64,000 bases of DNA from the NCBI GenBank assembly GCA_963773405.1, contig CAVZAQ010000002.1, positions 7,116-71,115 on the forward strand. The letters are read 5' to 3'. The DNA comes from an uncultured Chloroflexia bacterium. Its GTDB lineage: Bacteria > Chloroflexota > Limnocylindria > QHBO01. A model generated the notes under the pieces. That model had not been told where the DNA came from. It saw nothing but the letters and a program-made list of their open reading frames with translations, and did no database searches. A program made the position numbers and the translations under genes. Within the stretch, counting starts at the first letter, position 1; each line of letters starts with the position of its first letter. Shown piece by piece: positions 1 to 8,863 of this stretch.

Positions 1-583
1 CGGCGCACGCGTCGTCAACGAGGACCACCGCGTAGTCGAGGTCGCACGCGTCGCGGACGGCGCTTTCGACGCAGCCACTGGTCACCACACCACCGACGAC
101 CAGCGTCTCGATGTCCATCTGCCGCAGCGTGCGATCGATGGCCGTCGAGAGGAAGACGCTTGCCGTCGTCTTGTTCAGGATCAGGTCGCCGGGCTGAGGG
201 TCGAGCTCCTCGAGGATCTGCGCATCCCGCGAGTCGGGCGGCACGTTGATGCCGAAGTCGCGGAAGCGGCGCCCGTTGTCCCGCTGATCGGGCGCGAAGG
301 AGACGCAGCGCGTGAAGAGCACCGGCATCCCGGACGCCCTGGCGGCCGTGATGAGCCGCTGGGCACCGGGCACCGCGGTCGTGCGCAGCCGCTCGAAGTA
401 CGGGGCGATATCGGCCCACGTGCCGGTGCGGCGCGCACGCTCTCCTTGGGCGCCAGACTCCGACGCATCCAGATACTGCAGGTCGATGAGCAGGAGCGCA
501 GAGCGCGACGGGTCGATGGGTATCTCGCGCAAGCGGCCGATGAGGTCCCGTACGGACCCGTACTCAGCCTGGTCGCTGGTCAT
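1..583 (-). CDS. Isochorismatase-family cysteine hydrolase; C-terminus lies beyond the left edge of the window
   Basis: My own translation from the ATG at 583-581 gives MTSDQAEYGS...SALLLIDLQYLD...LILNKTTASVFLSTAIDRTLRQMDIETLVVGGVVTSGCVESAVRDA, a typical isochorismatase fold with the catalytic Cys region. It is absent from the ORF track because there is no stop codon in the window. Confidence 0.8.
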   Translation of the reverse strand, partial: MTSDQAEYGSVRDLIGRLREIPIDPSRSALLLIDLQYLDASESGAQGERARRTGTWADIAPYFERLRTTAVPGAQRLITAARASGMPVLFTRCVSFAPDQRDNGRRFRDFGINVPPDSRDAQILEELDPQPGDLILNKTTASVFLSTAIDRTLRQMDIETLVVGGVVTSGCVESAVRDACDLDYAVVLVDDACA

Positions 584-1256
584 GTGACAGGCTCCCGAGC
601 GGGGTGAGACCTTCGGAACGCGGGGGACCGAGGTAGGACGCCATGCGTCCGCGCGGCCTTTCGAAGTGCGTCAGCAGCAGCGCGACCGCGCCATCCGAGT
701 CGTGCTGCTCGACGAGGTCGAGGAGGTGGCCGTGCTCTGCGACTGACTGCCGCCGTTCCTCCTGGTCATAGAGGGCCAGCACGCGGAACCGTCGCGACTG
801 CACCCGAAGCTGGTCGATGAAGCTCTTCAGGCGACGCGGCGCGGCCATCGCGTTCAGCGTGGCATGGAACTGGGTGTTCAGATCCAGGAGCCGCTCGATG
901 TCGTCATCCACCAGCGCGGCGCGGCTCGCCTCGTGAATCCGCCGTAGCTCCCCCATGCCTTCGGGATCAGGATTTCTCGCCGCGTACCGGACCGCGAGTG
1001 GCTCGAGGACCTCCCGGAGGGTGAACACCTCGTCGAGATCCTCCGCCGTGACGTCGGCGACCCGCGCGCCGCCCGATCCGTCGGCTTCGATGAGTCCTTC
1101 GGCGAGCAGGCGGATGAGCGCCTCGCGAACGGGGGTGCGGCTCACGCCGAGCGCTTCGGCCACGCGCTCCTCGCGGAGGGGCTCGTTGGCGCGCAACGAG
1201 CCATTGGAGATGGCCTCCTTCAACGCCTGGTAGACGTCTGCCCTGTGTCGTGGCAT
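564..1256 (-). CDS. GntR/FadR-family transcriptional regulator
   Basis: Part of ORF 564..1292. N-terminal winged HTH (EERVAEALGVSRTPVREALIRLLAEGLI) plus an FCD-like C-terminal domain. I chose the start at the Met-13 codon (1256) because the 5' extension is occupied by a dyad operator. The stop overlaps the downstream hydrolase start. Confidence 0.8.
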   Translation of the reverse strand: MPRHRADVYQALKEAISNGSLRANEPLREERVAEALGVSRTPVREALIRLLAEGLIEADGSGGARVADVTAEDLDEVFTLREVLEPLAVRYAARNPDPEGMGELRRIHEASRAALVDDDIERLLDLNTQFHATLNAMAAPRRLKSFIDQLRVQSRRFRVLALYDQEERRQSVAEHGHLLDLVEQHDSDGAVALLLTHFERPRGRMASYLGPPRSEGLTPLGSLSHDQRPG

Positions 1257-1283
1257 GCAGGACTGTATACAAGTCTGCATGCC
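1252..1283. promoter_or_regulatory. Dyad-symmetric candidate GntR operator
   Basis: GGCATGCAG-gac-TGTATACA-agt-CTGCATGCC: perfect 9-bp inverted arms around a palindromic TGTATACA core (GT-N-AC type). It overlaps the regulator's own start codon. Confidence 0.5.
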
Positions 1284-1310
1284 GTACGTCAAGAGGAAAG
1301 AGGGCGTTGG

Positions 1311-1748
1311 TTAGGGCGTGACCTCTTCCCAGAGCTCGTGCCAGGGGAGCAGCAACGTGGCTGCGTCCTCGTCAGCGAGCAGGTCGCCGACGACCAGGGC
1401 GCCGATGGCGTCGAGCAGCGCCGGGGCGGCGTTGGCCGCCGCCTCCCCGGGGGTCACGTCCCGCCCGTAGCCGGCAAGGCGCGGGTCGTTGGTGAACCAG
1501 TGATCGACCCACTGCGCAACCTCGTGCTGCGCGGCGCGCAGCGGTTTCTGCAGGTTGGCGCGCGCGGCGGCGGCCAGCATTGCGTTCCTCGCCCGGCGGC
1601 GCTCCGGATCGCTGGCGTCGACGCTTCCGAGGAAGAGTGCCCGGCCCTGGTCGACGGTGGGGAGGCGCGCGAGGAGCGCGTCCACCCGGTCCTGGTTCGG
1701 CCCGAACTCGTTCTTCATGTCGTGCAGGGTGGGCCGATCCGGGCGCAT
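1311..1748 (-). CDS. Hypothetical protein
   Basis: 145-aa ORF with coding-like composition. It fits the gap between neighbouring genes, but no recognisable motif was found. Confidence 0.45.
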   Translation of the reverse strand: MRPDRPTLHDMKNEFGPNQDRVDALLARLPTVDQGRALFLGSVDASDPERRRARNAMLAAAARANLQKPLRAAQHEVAQWVDHWFTNDPRLAGYGRDVTPGEAAANAAPALLDAIGALVVGDLLADEDAATLLLPWHELWEEVTP

Positions 1749-1802
1749 CGGTCAACACCTGGCCGGGACGCGACCGCCACGGGCGCCGGGGCCGGCCGCG
1801 CG

Positions 1803-2444
1803 TCAGTCCCCGCGAACCTGGATCCCGAGCTGCTCGGCGAAAAGGGGCGCGAGGTCCGCGAGCTGCCCGAGGCTGACGATGGAGCCGCGCAGGCTCTCGA
1901 CGCCGATCAACGAGCGCAGGCGAGCGCCGGACAGGTCGACCCCCGCCAGGGTGGCACCCGAGACGTTGAGCTCCTCGACCGAGGAGTCGACGAACGAGAC
2001 GGCAGAGGCGCGTGCCAGGCGAAGGTCGAGGGTCCCGATCTCGCATTCGGTGAAGGTCACGTCCTCCAGGCGGGCATCGGCCAGGTTGACGAAGCCCAGC
2101 TTGCAGCGCTCGACGCGGACATCGGTCCAGGTTGCGCCAGTGAGGCTCACGGCGCCCAACCGGGCGTCCTCGAGGGTGGAACCCCGCCAGGTGGAATCGG
2201 CCAGGTCGATGCTTGCGCCGCGCAGCTCGACCAGCCGGGAGTCCAGGAAACGAACCCGCGCCAGACAGGCCCCGTCGAGGTTGCACCGTTCGAACCGGCA
2301 TTCGACGAACCGCGCGTCGCGGGCTTCCTGTCCCGCGAGGTCGCGTTCCGTGAATGCGACGCCGTCGTAATCGGCGCGCTCCTCGAGCGTGTCGGCGTCG
2401 AACGGGGAAAGGCGAGCTTGGCCGGACATATGCGCATCATGCAC
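1803..2444 (-). CDS. Pentapeptide-repeat protein (MfpA/Qnr-like size)
   Basis: Continuous A(D/N)LXX-type pentapeptide periodicity (ARFVECRFERCNLDGACLARVRFLDSRLVELRGASIDLADS...), about 210 aa. The start could be Met-1 (2444) or Met-6 (2429). Confidence 0.8.
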   Translation of the reverse strand: MHDAHMSGQARLSPFDADTLEERADYDGVAFTERDLAGQEARDARFVECRFERCNLDGACLARVRFLDSRLVELRGASIDLADSTWRGSTLEDARLGAVSLTGATWTDVRVERCKLGFVNLADARLEDVTFTECEIGTLDLRLARASAVSFVDSSVEELNVSGATLAGVDLSGARLRSLIGVESLRGSIVSLGQLADLAPLFAEQLGIQVRGD

Positions 2445-2712
2445 CGGACGATGTCAGTCGGCAGGAGCGTGGCCGCCCTGGGCAAGGCTCAGCGCGCCCC
2501 GCCTGGTTCGGCCCTCGTTTTTTGCAGCCCTTTTGCCTGTTGCCGTACAATTGGACCCTTCCAACGGAGGGTTGGAAGGATTTGGGGGTAGGCAACGTCC
2601 GACCGATGCGCCGAAGACCGGAGCGCTGCTGGCAGGCAAACCAGGCGGATTGTCTCAGGAGCGCTATCGCGTGCAGAGTAGCGCTGGGCGACCGGCCGTG
2701 AGTGGCGACCAG

Positions 2713-3471
2713 ATGAACCCACCGGCAGTCGATACGCGGCGTGCCATCGTGCTCCACGATATTCAGGCGGTCGTGGACCTCATCACCCTGACGCTGAACC
2801 ACGGGTTGTTCGTCGTTCGTGCTGCGCACAGGTTGGGCGAGGCGGAGGCAATCCTCGCGGAGTGGCAGCCGCACCTGGTGGTGGTGGACATGGACCACGA
2901 CGACAGCGGTGCGTTGCTGCAGCGTCTGGGCGCCTCGAACACGCTGAAGAGCCCCGTCATACCGGCCCTGGGCCTGACCCGACGCGGTGACCTGAAGACC
3001 AAGCTGCGGGCCTTCGACCTGGGGGTGGACGACATCCTGACCATGCCCTTCTCGCCCGAGGAGCTGCTGGCCCGCTCGATCGTGATCACCCGCCGTGCGA
3101 CCGGGGTCGACCGGCCGATCGTGCCGACGATCACCCTCGGGGAGATGGAGATCGATATCGTCAATCGTCAGGTACGCGCCGGCAACTCGGTGGTGCACCT
3201 GTCCGGGATCGAGCAGAGCCTCCTGTACCTGCTCGCCAGCCGCAACGGCCAGGTGGTGACCCGCGAGGAGGTCCTGGACGCGATCTGGGGCACCGACTTC
3301 GTGGCCGAGAGCAACATCGTGGACCGCCACATCCGCAGCCTGCGCGTCAAGCTCCAGAACGATTACCGCCATCCGCGCTTCATCGCCACCGTCCCCGGCC
3401 AGGGTTATCGCTTCATCCCGACCTTCACCAACCGGGGATGGAGCGGTGACGAGGCAGCTCCCGCCAACTGA
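2713..3471 (+). CDS. OmpR-family response regulator with an atypical receiver domain
   Basis: ATG at 2713 within ORF 2389..3471. Receiver domain (LVVVDMD) plus winged-helix output (LSGIEQSLLYLLASRNGQVVTREEVLDAIWG...VDRHIRSLRVKL...ATVPGQGYRF). The conserved Lys is replaced (DDILTMPF) and the first acidic pair reads HD. Confidence 0.85.
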   Translation: MNPPAVDTRRAIVLHDIQAVVDLITLTLNHGLFVVRAAHRLGEAEAILAEWQPHLVVVDMDHDDSGALLQRLGASNTLKSPVIPALGLTRRGDLKTKLRAFDLGVDDILTMPFSPEELLARSIVITRRATGVDRPIVPTITLGEMEIDIVNRQVRAGNSVVHLSGIEQSLLYLLASRNGQVVTREEVLDAIWGTDFVAESNIVDRHIRSLRVKLQNDYRHPRFIATVPGQGYRFIPTFTNRGWSGDEAAPAN

Positions 3472-3648
3472 GCGCACCCCAGCCTCCCCGCACCCGCGTC
3501 CGCGGATGAAAAACCCGTCATGACAGCCAGCCTCGCCGCAGGCAGGCTTGTGCCGCGAAGTCGCGGCACAGGCCATCGATTCGCATGGCCGCTCCCTCCT
3601 TTGGCGCAGGTGCCCGCCCTCGCCGAAACGAAGAGGGGATCGAGCGTA

Positions 3649-4290
3649 ATGCGTGTCATCGTCGCCGCCTTGGGGTCAGCGACTGTCGCCAGTCTCGCAA
3701 CTCGCCTGGCCGGCCAGCCCGAGGTGGAGTTGGTTGCCAAGGTGCACTCCCTCGGCGCGGCGCTCCAGCTTGCCGCGTTCATGCACCCGGATCGTCTGCT
3801 GCTCGAAGAGCATCTCTACGACGAGCTGGTCGCCCAACCTCGTCCGCCGTATCCGCCAGCGGTTCTGGCCGTGAGCATGCCGAGCGCCGGGTGGGGGCTG
3901 CGCGGCCGCAGGGCTGGGCTGTCCGGGGTGGTGGCTGCCGATGCAACCGGAGCGGAGCTCGTTGCGGCCCTGCGACGGGCGCGCCGCCGGCCCCCGATCA
4001 ACGGCGGCATTGCCCTCGACAACCTGTCTCCCCGGCAGTCCATGGTCCTGCAGCTGGCCTCGGGTGGCCTGACAAACCGGGAAATCGGGGTGTGGCTCGG
4101 AATCAGCGAGCTGACCGTCAAGAACCACATGGCGCAGGCCATGGGTCGCCTGCAGAGCGCGAACCGGGTCGAAGCGGTGCTGAAAGCGGCTGCCCGCGGT
4201 CTCATCCAACCGTTTACGAACCATGTCCCAGCCGTATGGCGGACGGCGAAAATGCCTGCCCTGGACGGGCGCCATGGCGTTGCCAGCTGA
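3649..4290 (+). CDS. LuxR-family HTH protein with a degenerate (pseudo) receiver domain
   Basis: ATG at 3649 preceded by GAGGGGA. C-terminal LuxR HTH (LSPRQSMVLQLASGGLTNREIGVWLGISELTVKNHMAQAMGRLQSANRVEA). The N-terminal REC-like fold lacks the DD pocket and the phospho-acceptor Asp. Confidence 0.75.
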   Translation: MRVIVAALGSATVASLATRLAGQPEVELVAKVHSLGAALQLAAFMHPDRLLLEEHLYDELVAQPRPPYPPAVLAVSMPSAGWGLRGRRAGLSGVVAADATGAELVAALRRARRRPPINGGIALDNLSPRQSMVLQLASGGLTNREIGVWLGISELTVKNHMAQAMGRLQSANRVEAVLKAAARGLIQPFTNHVPAVWRTAKMPALDGRHGVAS

Positions 4291-5281
4291 CAACGGTGCG
4301 CGGCTCACGGAGCGGATGCTGGCCGACGCCGACCAGACGGCCTCCGACGCCGACCAGACGGCCTCCGACGCCGACCAGACGGCCTCCGACGCCGATGCAT
4401 CGGCCGCGGCGAGCGATCAGCTGGCGTCTGATGCCGACCAGGCGCTTGCCGACGAGCTGGCTTCTGCCGGCGAGGATGGCTGGGCACGCGCCGAAGCGAC
4501 CCGAATGCAGCGCGTGACCAATTCGGGCCTTCGTGATAGCACCGGTCGGCAGCGGACCAGCAGCGACAGCGATCGATTCCAGACTGCCGCCGACCGCGAT
4601 ACGACGGCCTGGCAGCGTGACCGTCGCTCGGAGGCGATCGAGCGCGCCATGGACGCGTCCGAGGCGCCCCTCGTGCAGCAACTTGCCGAGCTCCGTTCGC
4701 AGGCTGCGGAGGATCGGGCCCGCGCAGCGGAAGATCGCGCATCGGCGGCCAGAGAACGAGTACGGCTGCAGGCGGCGCTGCAACTGGCGCATCGCGACGA
4801 TCTCACCGGCGTGTTCCGTCGGGAGCCGGGCCGGCTCGCCCTGGAACGAGAGATCGAGCGCGCCCGTCGGGGAGACGGACGATTCATTCTGGCCTTTCTC
4901 GACGTCGACGGCCTCAAGGACATCAACGACCGGGATGGACATGCCGCCGGTGACGCGGTTCTGCGGTGCGTCGCAGAAACGTTGCGCTCGTATCTTCGGC
5001 CATTCGATCCGGTCGTCCGCTACGGGGGCGACGAATTCATCTGCGGTATCGGCGCGACAGGCTTCGAGACCGTCGAGGCCAGGTTCGACCTGATTCGACG
5101 AGCGCTCCGGGACGAGTCTGACATTGGCATCAGCGTTGGGGTGGCGCAGCTGGCGGAAGGCGAGACGCTCGATGGGGTGACGGCGCGAGCGGACGCCGCA
5201 CTCCTGGTCGCCAAGGGCAACGGCGGTGGGGCGGCTGGACGAGCCACGCAGACGCCACAGGGAACGCATCCGCGGCCCTGA
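4274..5281 (+). CDS. GGDEF-domain diguanylate cyclase with a repetitive acidic/coiled N-terminus
   Basis: HRDDLTGVFRR...FLDVDGLKDINDRDGHAAGDAVL...VRYGGDEFICG: intact GGDEF motif. The start is uncertain (4223, 4274 or the MLADAD Met). Confidence 0.8.
   Translation: MALPADNGARLTERMLADADQTASDADQTASDADQTASDADASAAASDQLASDADQALADELASAGEDGWARAEATRMQRVTNSGLRDSTGRQRTSSDSDRFQTAADRDTTAWQRDRRSEAIERAMDASEAPLVQQLAELRSQAAEDRARAAEDRASAARERVRLQAALQLAHRDDLTGVFRREPGRLALEREIERARRGDGRFILAFLDVDGLKDINDRDGHAAGDAVLRCVAETLRSYLRPFDPVVRYGGDEFICGIGATGFETVEARFDLIRRALRDESDIGISVGVAQLAEGETLDGVTARADAALLVAKGNGGGAAGRATQTPQGTHPRP
4328..4390 (+). repeat. Perfect 21-nt tandem repeat x3, encoding (DADQTAS)3
   Basis: GCCGACCAGACGGCCTCCGAC is repeated three times head to tail, flanked by partial copies, in frame within the GGDEF gene. 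Confidence 0.9.
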
Positions 5282-5420
5282 TTCGTCCACCCGATCGGCT
5301 GTCCTTCAGACCTCCGATTCACGGCATGGCACCTTCGTATCGAGGCATCACGACTTGTCGAAGCTCCCCGTAGCCGATATCGGCGCCGCCGGATTGGCGC
5401 GGGGCCAGCCCGCGCGGAGA

Positions 5421-8414
5421 ATGACCGTTGCGGCGCGCGTCGGGCGGCGATGGCTGGTGCTCGGGACGATGCTCGGCGTCCTGCCGCTTGCGGCTCTTGC
5501 GCAGCAACTCGTCAACGACCGTGTCGACTGGCCGCTGCTGATCGTCGCCGAGGTGATCCTTGCTGCACTCCTCGCGGTCAGCATCCTCCAGAGCACGGCA
5601 GTCCTGGCACGCCAGGATCAGTGGTATGCCGCCCTGCTCGACAAGGCCGCAGGTGCGTTCATGGTCGCGGCCGAGGACGGAACCATCCAGTACGTGAGTC
5701 CGGCGTCCGCCCGCATGCTCGGCGGATCTCGGGCGGAGCTCATGGGCCGCTCGGTGTTCGACTTCCTGCCCCAGGTCCATGCGGACGACGCGGCGGGCCC
5801 GGCACGGGCGCTCATCGCGGTCTTCTCCACGCCGGCGGCGGAGGCAACGCACACGCTGCGTACGACGAGTCCAGGTGGAGAGGAGGTGTGGCTGCGCGTG
5901 AGCGCGAGCAACCAGATGGCCGACCCCGACATCCGGGGAATTCTGATCAACTACGAGGACATCACGGCCAGGGTCAATGCCGAAACGGGTCTGCGACAGA
6001 GCCATGATCTTCTGGAGACAGCCGAATCCCTGGCGAACGTCGGAAGCTGGCAGGCCGCCGCGGGCTCGAAGACGCCGCTCTGGTCCGCGCAGACGTGGCG
6101 CATCCTGGGTCTTGATCCGAGCACAACCGGCCCGATAGATGAAACGACATTCGATCGAAGCATTCATCCCGATGACCTCGAGCGCGTCTCCAGGGCAACG
6201 CGCCGAGCGATAGAGACCGGAGAGCCCATCGACATCGAGTTTCGGATCGTGCGACCCGACGGGGAGGTGCGCGACATCCGCGCCATCGGCAGGGTCGAAC
6301 GCGACGAGGCGGGCGAGCCGACGCGCACCGTTGGCGCGAACCTCGACGTAACGGAGGCGCGGCGCGCAACCGATGACCTTCGGTTCCAGGCCGACATCCT
6401 GGCCAGTGTGCGAGAAGCGGTCGTTGTCACCAACCTCGAGGGACGGATCACCTACTGGGGCCGCGGGGCGGCCACCCTCTTTGGGTACCGCGCGGACGAG
6501 ATGGTCGGCGGGACCGTGGAGACGATCTTCCCGGGACACATGGGCAGTCATGGCGCCGAGCTGGACGACATCGTGGGCAGCTCCGACCTGGAAGGCATCG
6601 TGGGTGCCGCCGATCCCCAGGCCGAATGGGAGGGCCGCCGCAAGGACGGCAGCACCGTCTGGGGGCTCATGCGACCCACGGTGATGCGAGAGGCGAATGG
6701 CCACCCGTCCGGCATCATCGCGATCTTCAGCGACGTCACGGAGGCCAGGGTTGACCGGGCCCGCCTTGCGCGGTTGGGCGCGGCGATTGATCAGGCGGCC
6801 GAAGCGGTGATGATCGCCAACGTGCGGGCCGAGATCGAATACGTCAACCCCGCCTTTGAGCGGGTGACCGGGTACACCCGCGACGAGGTCATTGGCCGGA
6901 ACCCGCGCATCCTCAGCAGCGGCGTGCATCCGGCCTCCTTCTACGCCGCGATGTGGGCGACGCTGTTGGACGGCCGCCCCTGGATCTCGGACTTCACCAA
7001 TCGGCGCAAGGACGGCTCGCTCTTCCGGGAGGAGGCGGTCATCTCGCCTATGCGAGACGAGCACGGGGAGGTGAGCGGCTACGTTGCGGTCAAGCGCAAC
7101 GTCACCGAGGAGCGGCGTCTCGAGGCGAGTGCCGGGCGGCAGGCTCGGGAGCGCGCGCTGATTGCGGAGACCATTCGTGCCATCAATGGCCGTGAGACCC
7201 CGGAGGAGATTGCGAACCAGATCTGCCAGCAGGTGGTGAGGCTGGCCGGTGTCGTCAGCGCCGGCCTGTTCGTCTTCGAGCTTGACGAGCGCGCCTCTGC
7301 GTACGGCTTTGCCGCTCCCGGGCAGGCGCAGTCGCAGCTGCCGCGCATACCACGCGGACGCGCTGCGTACCTTCGTAAGCATGCGAGCCGTGGCGCATGG
7401 ATCGAGCGCTGGGAGGATCGCCCGTGGCATCCATACAACGAGTTCTTCCGCACGCTGGGCGTCACGGCCCTCGCCTATGCCCCCGTCCGCGACGGTGACA
7501 GGGTCGTGGGCCTGCTCCATATCAGCAGCGCCAGCCCGCATCCGGATGAGCTTCTCGCCCAGCTCCTCCCGGCACTCGCCGAGTTCGCGAACATCGCGAG
7601 CAGCATGGTTGGCCCCAGGATCTCCGCTCGCGGCGAGGTTGCGGCTGCCAGGATGGCGATTCAGCAGGTCGTCGATGACGGCTCCTTCTCGCCGGTCTTC
7701 CAGCCCATCGTCGACATCATGCGCAACGAGACCGTCGGCCACGAGGCGCTCACACGCTTCGATGACGGCGTGGCTCCCGATGTGCGGTTCGCGGAGGCGG
7801 AAGCGGTCGGGCTGGGAGAGCTGCTGGAGCTGGCCACGCTCAAGGCGGCGCTGGAGGCCGCCCGGGTCCTTCCCCCGGGCGGGTGGCTGGCGCTGAACGT
7901 GTCACCCGGCATGGTTCTCGGCAACCCGGATCTGGTCGACCTCCTCGCATCAGCCACGAGCCCAATCGTGCTCGAGATAACCGAGCATTCCGCGATTGCG
8001 GACTACGCCGTGTTCCGTGATGCGGTGAAGCGGTTCGGCCCGGGCGTGCGCCTGGCCGTCGACGACGCGGGAGCTGGCTTTTCGAGTCTTCGCCACATCC
8101 TCGAGCTGCATCCAGCCTTCGTGAAGCTCGATATCCGGCTGATTGCGGGGCTGGACGCCGATGGGGCGCAGCGAGCGCTTGTGGCGGGGATGCGCTCCTT
8201 TACGCACGAAATCGGGATCCTCCTGATTGCTGAGGGTGTCGAAACCCGCGCCGAGCTCGCGGCCCTCCGCACGCTGGACGTGCACCTGGTGCAGGGCTAC
8301 CTGACGGGCCGACCCGAGCTCGCTGCCATACCCGCCCCCGCGCCCCCGGTCCAGGCAGCTGCCGATCCCGCGCGGGCGGGTCGAACCCCGCCGAAGGGGA
8401 CCTCAAAACCATAG
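5421..8414 (+). CDS. Membrane-anchored multi-PAS / GAF-like / EAL c-di-GMP phosphodiesterase with no GGDEF domain
   Basis: ATG at 5421 in ORF 5226..8414. It has two N-terminal hydrophobic segments and several PAS repeats (IQYVSPASARMLG, ITYWGRGAATLFGY, IEYVNPAFERVTGY). EAL signatures are present: VGHEALTRF, LEITEH, AVDDAGAGFSSLRHI, IAEGVET, VQGY. Confidence 0.85.
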   Translation: MTVAARVGRRWLVLGTMLGVLPLAALAQQLVNDRVDWPLLIVAEVILAALLAVSILQSTAVLARQDQWYAALLDKAAGAFMVAAEDGTIQYVSPASARMLGGSRAELMGRSVFDFLPQVHADDAAGPARALIAVFSTPAAEATHTLRTTSPGGEEVWLRVSASNQMADPDIRGILINYEDITARVNAETGLRQSHDLLETAESLANVGSWQAAAGSKTPLWSAQTWRILGLDPSTTGPIDETTFDRSIHPDDLERVSRATRRAIETGEPIDIEFRIVRPDGEVRDIRAIGRVERDEAGEPTRTVGANLDVTEARRATDDLRFQADILASVREAVVVTNLEGRITYWGRGAATLFGYRADEMVGGTVETIFPGHMGSHGAELDDIVGSSDLEGIVGAADPQAEWEGRRKDGSTVWGLMRPTVMREANGHPSGIIAIFSDVTEARVDRARLARLGAAIDQAAEAVMIANVRAEIEYVNPAFERVTGYTRDEVIGRNPRILSSGVHPASFYAAMWATLLDGRPWISDFTNRRKDGSLFREEAVISPMRDEHGEVSGYVAVKRNVTEERRLEASAGRQARERALIAETIRAINGRETPEEIANQICQQVVRLAGVVSAGLFVFELDERASAYGFAAPGQAQSQLPRIPRGRAAYLRKHASRGAWIERWEDRPWHPYNEFFRTLGVTALAYAPVRDGDRVVGLLHISSASPHPDELLAQLLPALAEFANIASSMVGPRISARGEVAAARMAIQQVVDDGSFSPVFQPIVDIMRNETVGHEALTRFDDGVAPDVRFAEAEAVGLGELLELATLKAALEAARVLPPGGWLALNVSPGMVLGNPDLVDLLASATSPIVLEITEHSAIADYAVFRDAVKRFGPGVRLAVDDAGAGFSSLRHILELHPAFVKLDIRLIAGLDADGAQRALVAGMRSFTHEIGILLIAEGVETRAELAALRTLDVHLVQGYLTGRPELAAIPAPAPPVQAAADPARAGRTPPKGTSKP

Positions 8415-8453
8415 GGGTTCGCCGTCGCCACCCGCAGCCCCGTGCGCAGGGCG

Positions 8454-8830
8454 TCAATCGTGGATCTCCACGCGGGACGGGGCGGGAGGTGGAGAGGCGC
8501 CGCCATCGGTCTGGCGCACGCGCGAACGAATGTCGATGGCACGCTTCAGCACGTGTCTGCGAAGGCCAGGATGACGGCGATCCCCGCCAGGACGTAGACC
8601 ATGGTGAAGATCTTGCCGATGGCGGTATGCGGCGCGAAGTCGCCTTACCCCACGGTCGTGAGGGTCATGACGCTGAAGTAAAGCGAGTCGAGCGGTCGCC
8701 AGCGCTCCACGAGCGAGTAGACCACGGTGCCGGTGACCAGCAGGATCACCACCGACATGAAGAGCGGCCTCGCAGCGGGATCGCGGAACCCTTCGCGAAG
8801 GGCACGGAACCAGTAGCGGAAGAAGCCCAC
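8454..8830 (-). pseudogene. Two-TM mini potassium channel, disrupted by a nonsense codon in the selectivity filter plus a probable frameshift
   Basis: ORF 8645..8830 ends ...SVMTLTTVG then TAA, exactly where TVGYGD needs Tyr. The same frame continues GDFAPHTAIGKIFTMVYVLAGIAVILAFADTC to a TGA at 8546-8548. A one-base shift there would continue VLKRAIDIRSRV... to 8454. Confidence 0.6.
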
Positions 8831-8855
8831 GGATGCCTCCGTTGTGCGTCGACGG

Positions 8856-8863
8856 CTTGCGGT
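8856..8863. repeat. Left copy of the 8-bp target-site duplication (CTTGCGGT)
   Basis: CTTGCGGT lies immediately outside the left inverted repeat. An identical octamer sits at 10253-10260, outside the right inverted repeat. Confidence 0.85.

Noticed and set aside
5319-7742. Long ORFs antisense to, or out of frame with, clear genes. Examples: 5319..7742 (807 aa), 1245..2591, 8746..9960, 10698..11726, 13178..14686, 32040..33746, 57373..59640, 57623..59299 and 59845..61725.
   Set aside because: Their composition is Arg/Pro/Gly/Ala-rich and low in complexity, with no recognisable motifs. Each overlaps a gene with strong family signatures on the other strand or frame. These are typical shadow ORFs of high-GC genomes.
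8645-8647. Could the TAA inside the K+ channel filter be recoded (read-through, or an alternative genetic code)?
   Set aside because: - TAA is used as an ordinary stop codon elsewhere in the window, for example at the HTH gene at 53005 and the PPC gene at 37608.
- There is no recoding signal.
- A second lesion follows about 100 nt downstream.
- A pseudogene or a base-call error is the simpler explanation.
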